Origin: Octopus sinensis
Lineage: Eukaryota
Reading direction: 5' to 3'
Assembly (NCBI RefSeq): GCF_006345805.1
Contig: NW_021833891.1
Coordinates: 5,678 to 69,677 of the forward strand
Length of the DNA: 64,000 nucleotides
Under the pieces are notes generated by a model that saw only the letters and a program-made list of their open reading frames with translations, had not been told where the DNA came from and ran no database searches. Below, one piece after another: positions 62,576-64,000 of the stretch. Made by a program: the position numbers and the translations under genes. Each line of letters begins with the position of its first letter. The stretch's first letter is position 1.

Positions 62576-63049
62576 ACCCTTTTACATATATATATTTCAT
62601 TAGTGTCTAATGACTCACAGAGATAATCCTTAATCAGAGAGAAAAGAAAGACAGCGGAATAAGATTTATTTGATAAGGCAGCTACCCCTCCCCCTCACCC
62701 CTCCTCTCATTACAAGGCTGGAGGCACATGGGTGGATAGAAGAAAAGGCTTGACTGGGAGTGGGGGTGCAATGAAGCGACAGAGGGGAGATTGATGAGGA
62801 GGAATATAAAAACAAACAGCTCCCACTATATAATACATACAAAACTCCCTAAAAATCCTAAGTATTATCTTTTTACAATCAAGTATTGGTAAATTTTTGT
62901 CATAATAATAATAATAATTATGATGTTAAGCGAACAGAGAAATGGCAAGATGGCAGATGTGTGAAATCAGGAAGGATAGAGGTGTGGAGAATCACAATGA
63001 TATTGGCAATGGGCCTTTAAAGAATATATACACACAACCAAAATACACA

Positions 63050-63390
63050 GTTAGTCACCAACACACTCCAGGCGCTGGCTCACAAACATGAAGACTGTTA
63101 ACTCCTGTCCTCTTTACAACTATGACAGTGACCACTGGTCCTTGGAACCAACTGGTCACATGCTATGTCCAATGAACCTTACTTGATTCATTCATATTTA
63201 CTTCAGCTTGTCACTGGCTGCTCATCACCTCCACCAACAGGATCCTGTGCTAACACCTGGTTAGATTTTTTCTCCAATCCTTCCTCCCCAAGAAGTTATC
63301 CTTCTGGAATTCCTTCATGGCTCAGGAACTTCAACTGTGTTGATCTCACACAAGCTCAGAGGGTCAGTAAAACATCCCAGGCTCCTCTGA
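63050..63390 (+). mobile_element. Degenerate CR1/Jockey-like LINE C-terminal fragment
   Basis: TLQALAHK, CPLYNYDSDHWSLE and SFLPKKLSFWNSF resemble L..LAHRR, LCLFYRYY.G.CS.EL and SFFPRT..LWNSLP; multiple stops. Confidence 0.45.
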
Positions 63391-63393
63391 GAT

Positions 63394-63426
<33 letters not shown>

Positions 63427-63724
63427 GTATGTATATATGTGGTAATTGAATCTGGAACCTCACTTCTAGTTATTTGAATTTGATACGATTTTCTCCCCCA
63501 CTAAGTTACATGTATGAATATTTTCTTCCAAAATAAGTATTTACACAAAAGGCAAAAAAAAAAACAAAAAACAAAAAAAAACACACCATTCAGAACTCCA
63601 CTTCTACCAAGTATATTTAGTTAAAAACCAAAAATAAAATTGCAAAAAAAAAAAGAAAAAAAAAACCCCAGAAGCAAACATGATGATGATAATAATAATA
63701 ATAATAATAATAATCTTATCTACT

Positions 63725-63880
63725 ATAGGCGCAAGGCTTGAAACCTTGGGGGAGAGGACTAGTTGATAGCACTGACTCAAGTACCTGACTGGTACTTTAT
63801 TTTATCGACCCTGAAAGGATGAAAGGCAAAGTTGACCTTGGTGGAATTTGTGCTGCTGATTCTACCAGCTCATCACCTTA
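63725..63880 (-). mobile_element. Diverged family B SINE flanked by (AAT)n on both sides; similar old copies at about 15175-15310, 47170-47310, 58430-58570, 58990-59130 and 60146-60330
   Basis: ctggtactttattttatcgaccctgaaaggatgaaaggcaaagttgacc. Confidence 0.65.
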
Positions 63881-64000
63881 TGATTTCGATAATAATAATA
63901 ATAATAATGACGATGATGATGATGATAATAATAATAAAAAAAAATTGCCATTTTGGGCACAAAACCAACATATTTGAGGAGGGCTGGAGCAGGGTTAGCT

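Noticed and set aside
63128-63159. Hairpin gtgacca...tggtcac as a structured RNA
   Set aside because: Lies inside a degenerate LINE fragment, single occurrence, no supporting motif.

Overview
AT-rich, microsatellite-dense, intron-rich eukaryotic DNA; the SINE families look cephalopod (Octopus-like), which is an inference from recalled repeat families. No prokaryotic genes and no CRISPR array. Most ORFs in the supplied track are microsatellite or SINE artefacts. Host coding sequence is limited to two spliced + strand exons of a fibrinogen-related-domain (FReD) gene (6607-7001, 9889-10221) and a tentative unnamed - strand gene (candidate exons at about 61.5, 57.0 and 53.7 kb). The rest is mobile DNA: head-to-tail composite Helitrons, at least four tRNA-derived SINE families, fragments of CR1-like, RTE-like and R4/Dong-like LINEs, MITEs, minisatellites, a fold-back tandem array and many Penelope-like element (PLE) remnants. 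The most notable signal is a set of hammerhead ribozyme motifs inside long PLE-type palindromes (17.5-18.0 kb, 20.7-21.1 kb), one of them downstream of a tRNA-like Pol III B-box and flanked by an 11-bp target-site duplication. Two SINE families also have their probable partner-LINE 3' ends in the window. All alignments were made by eye, so repeat boundaries are approximate.
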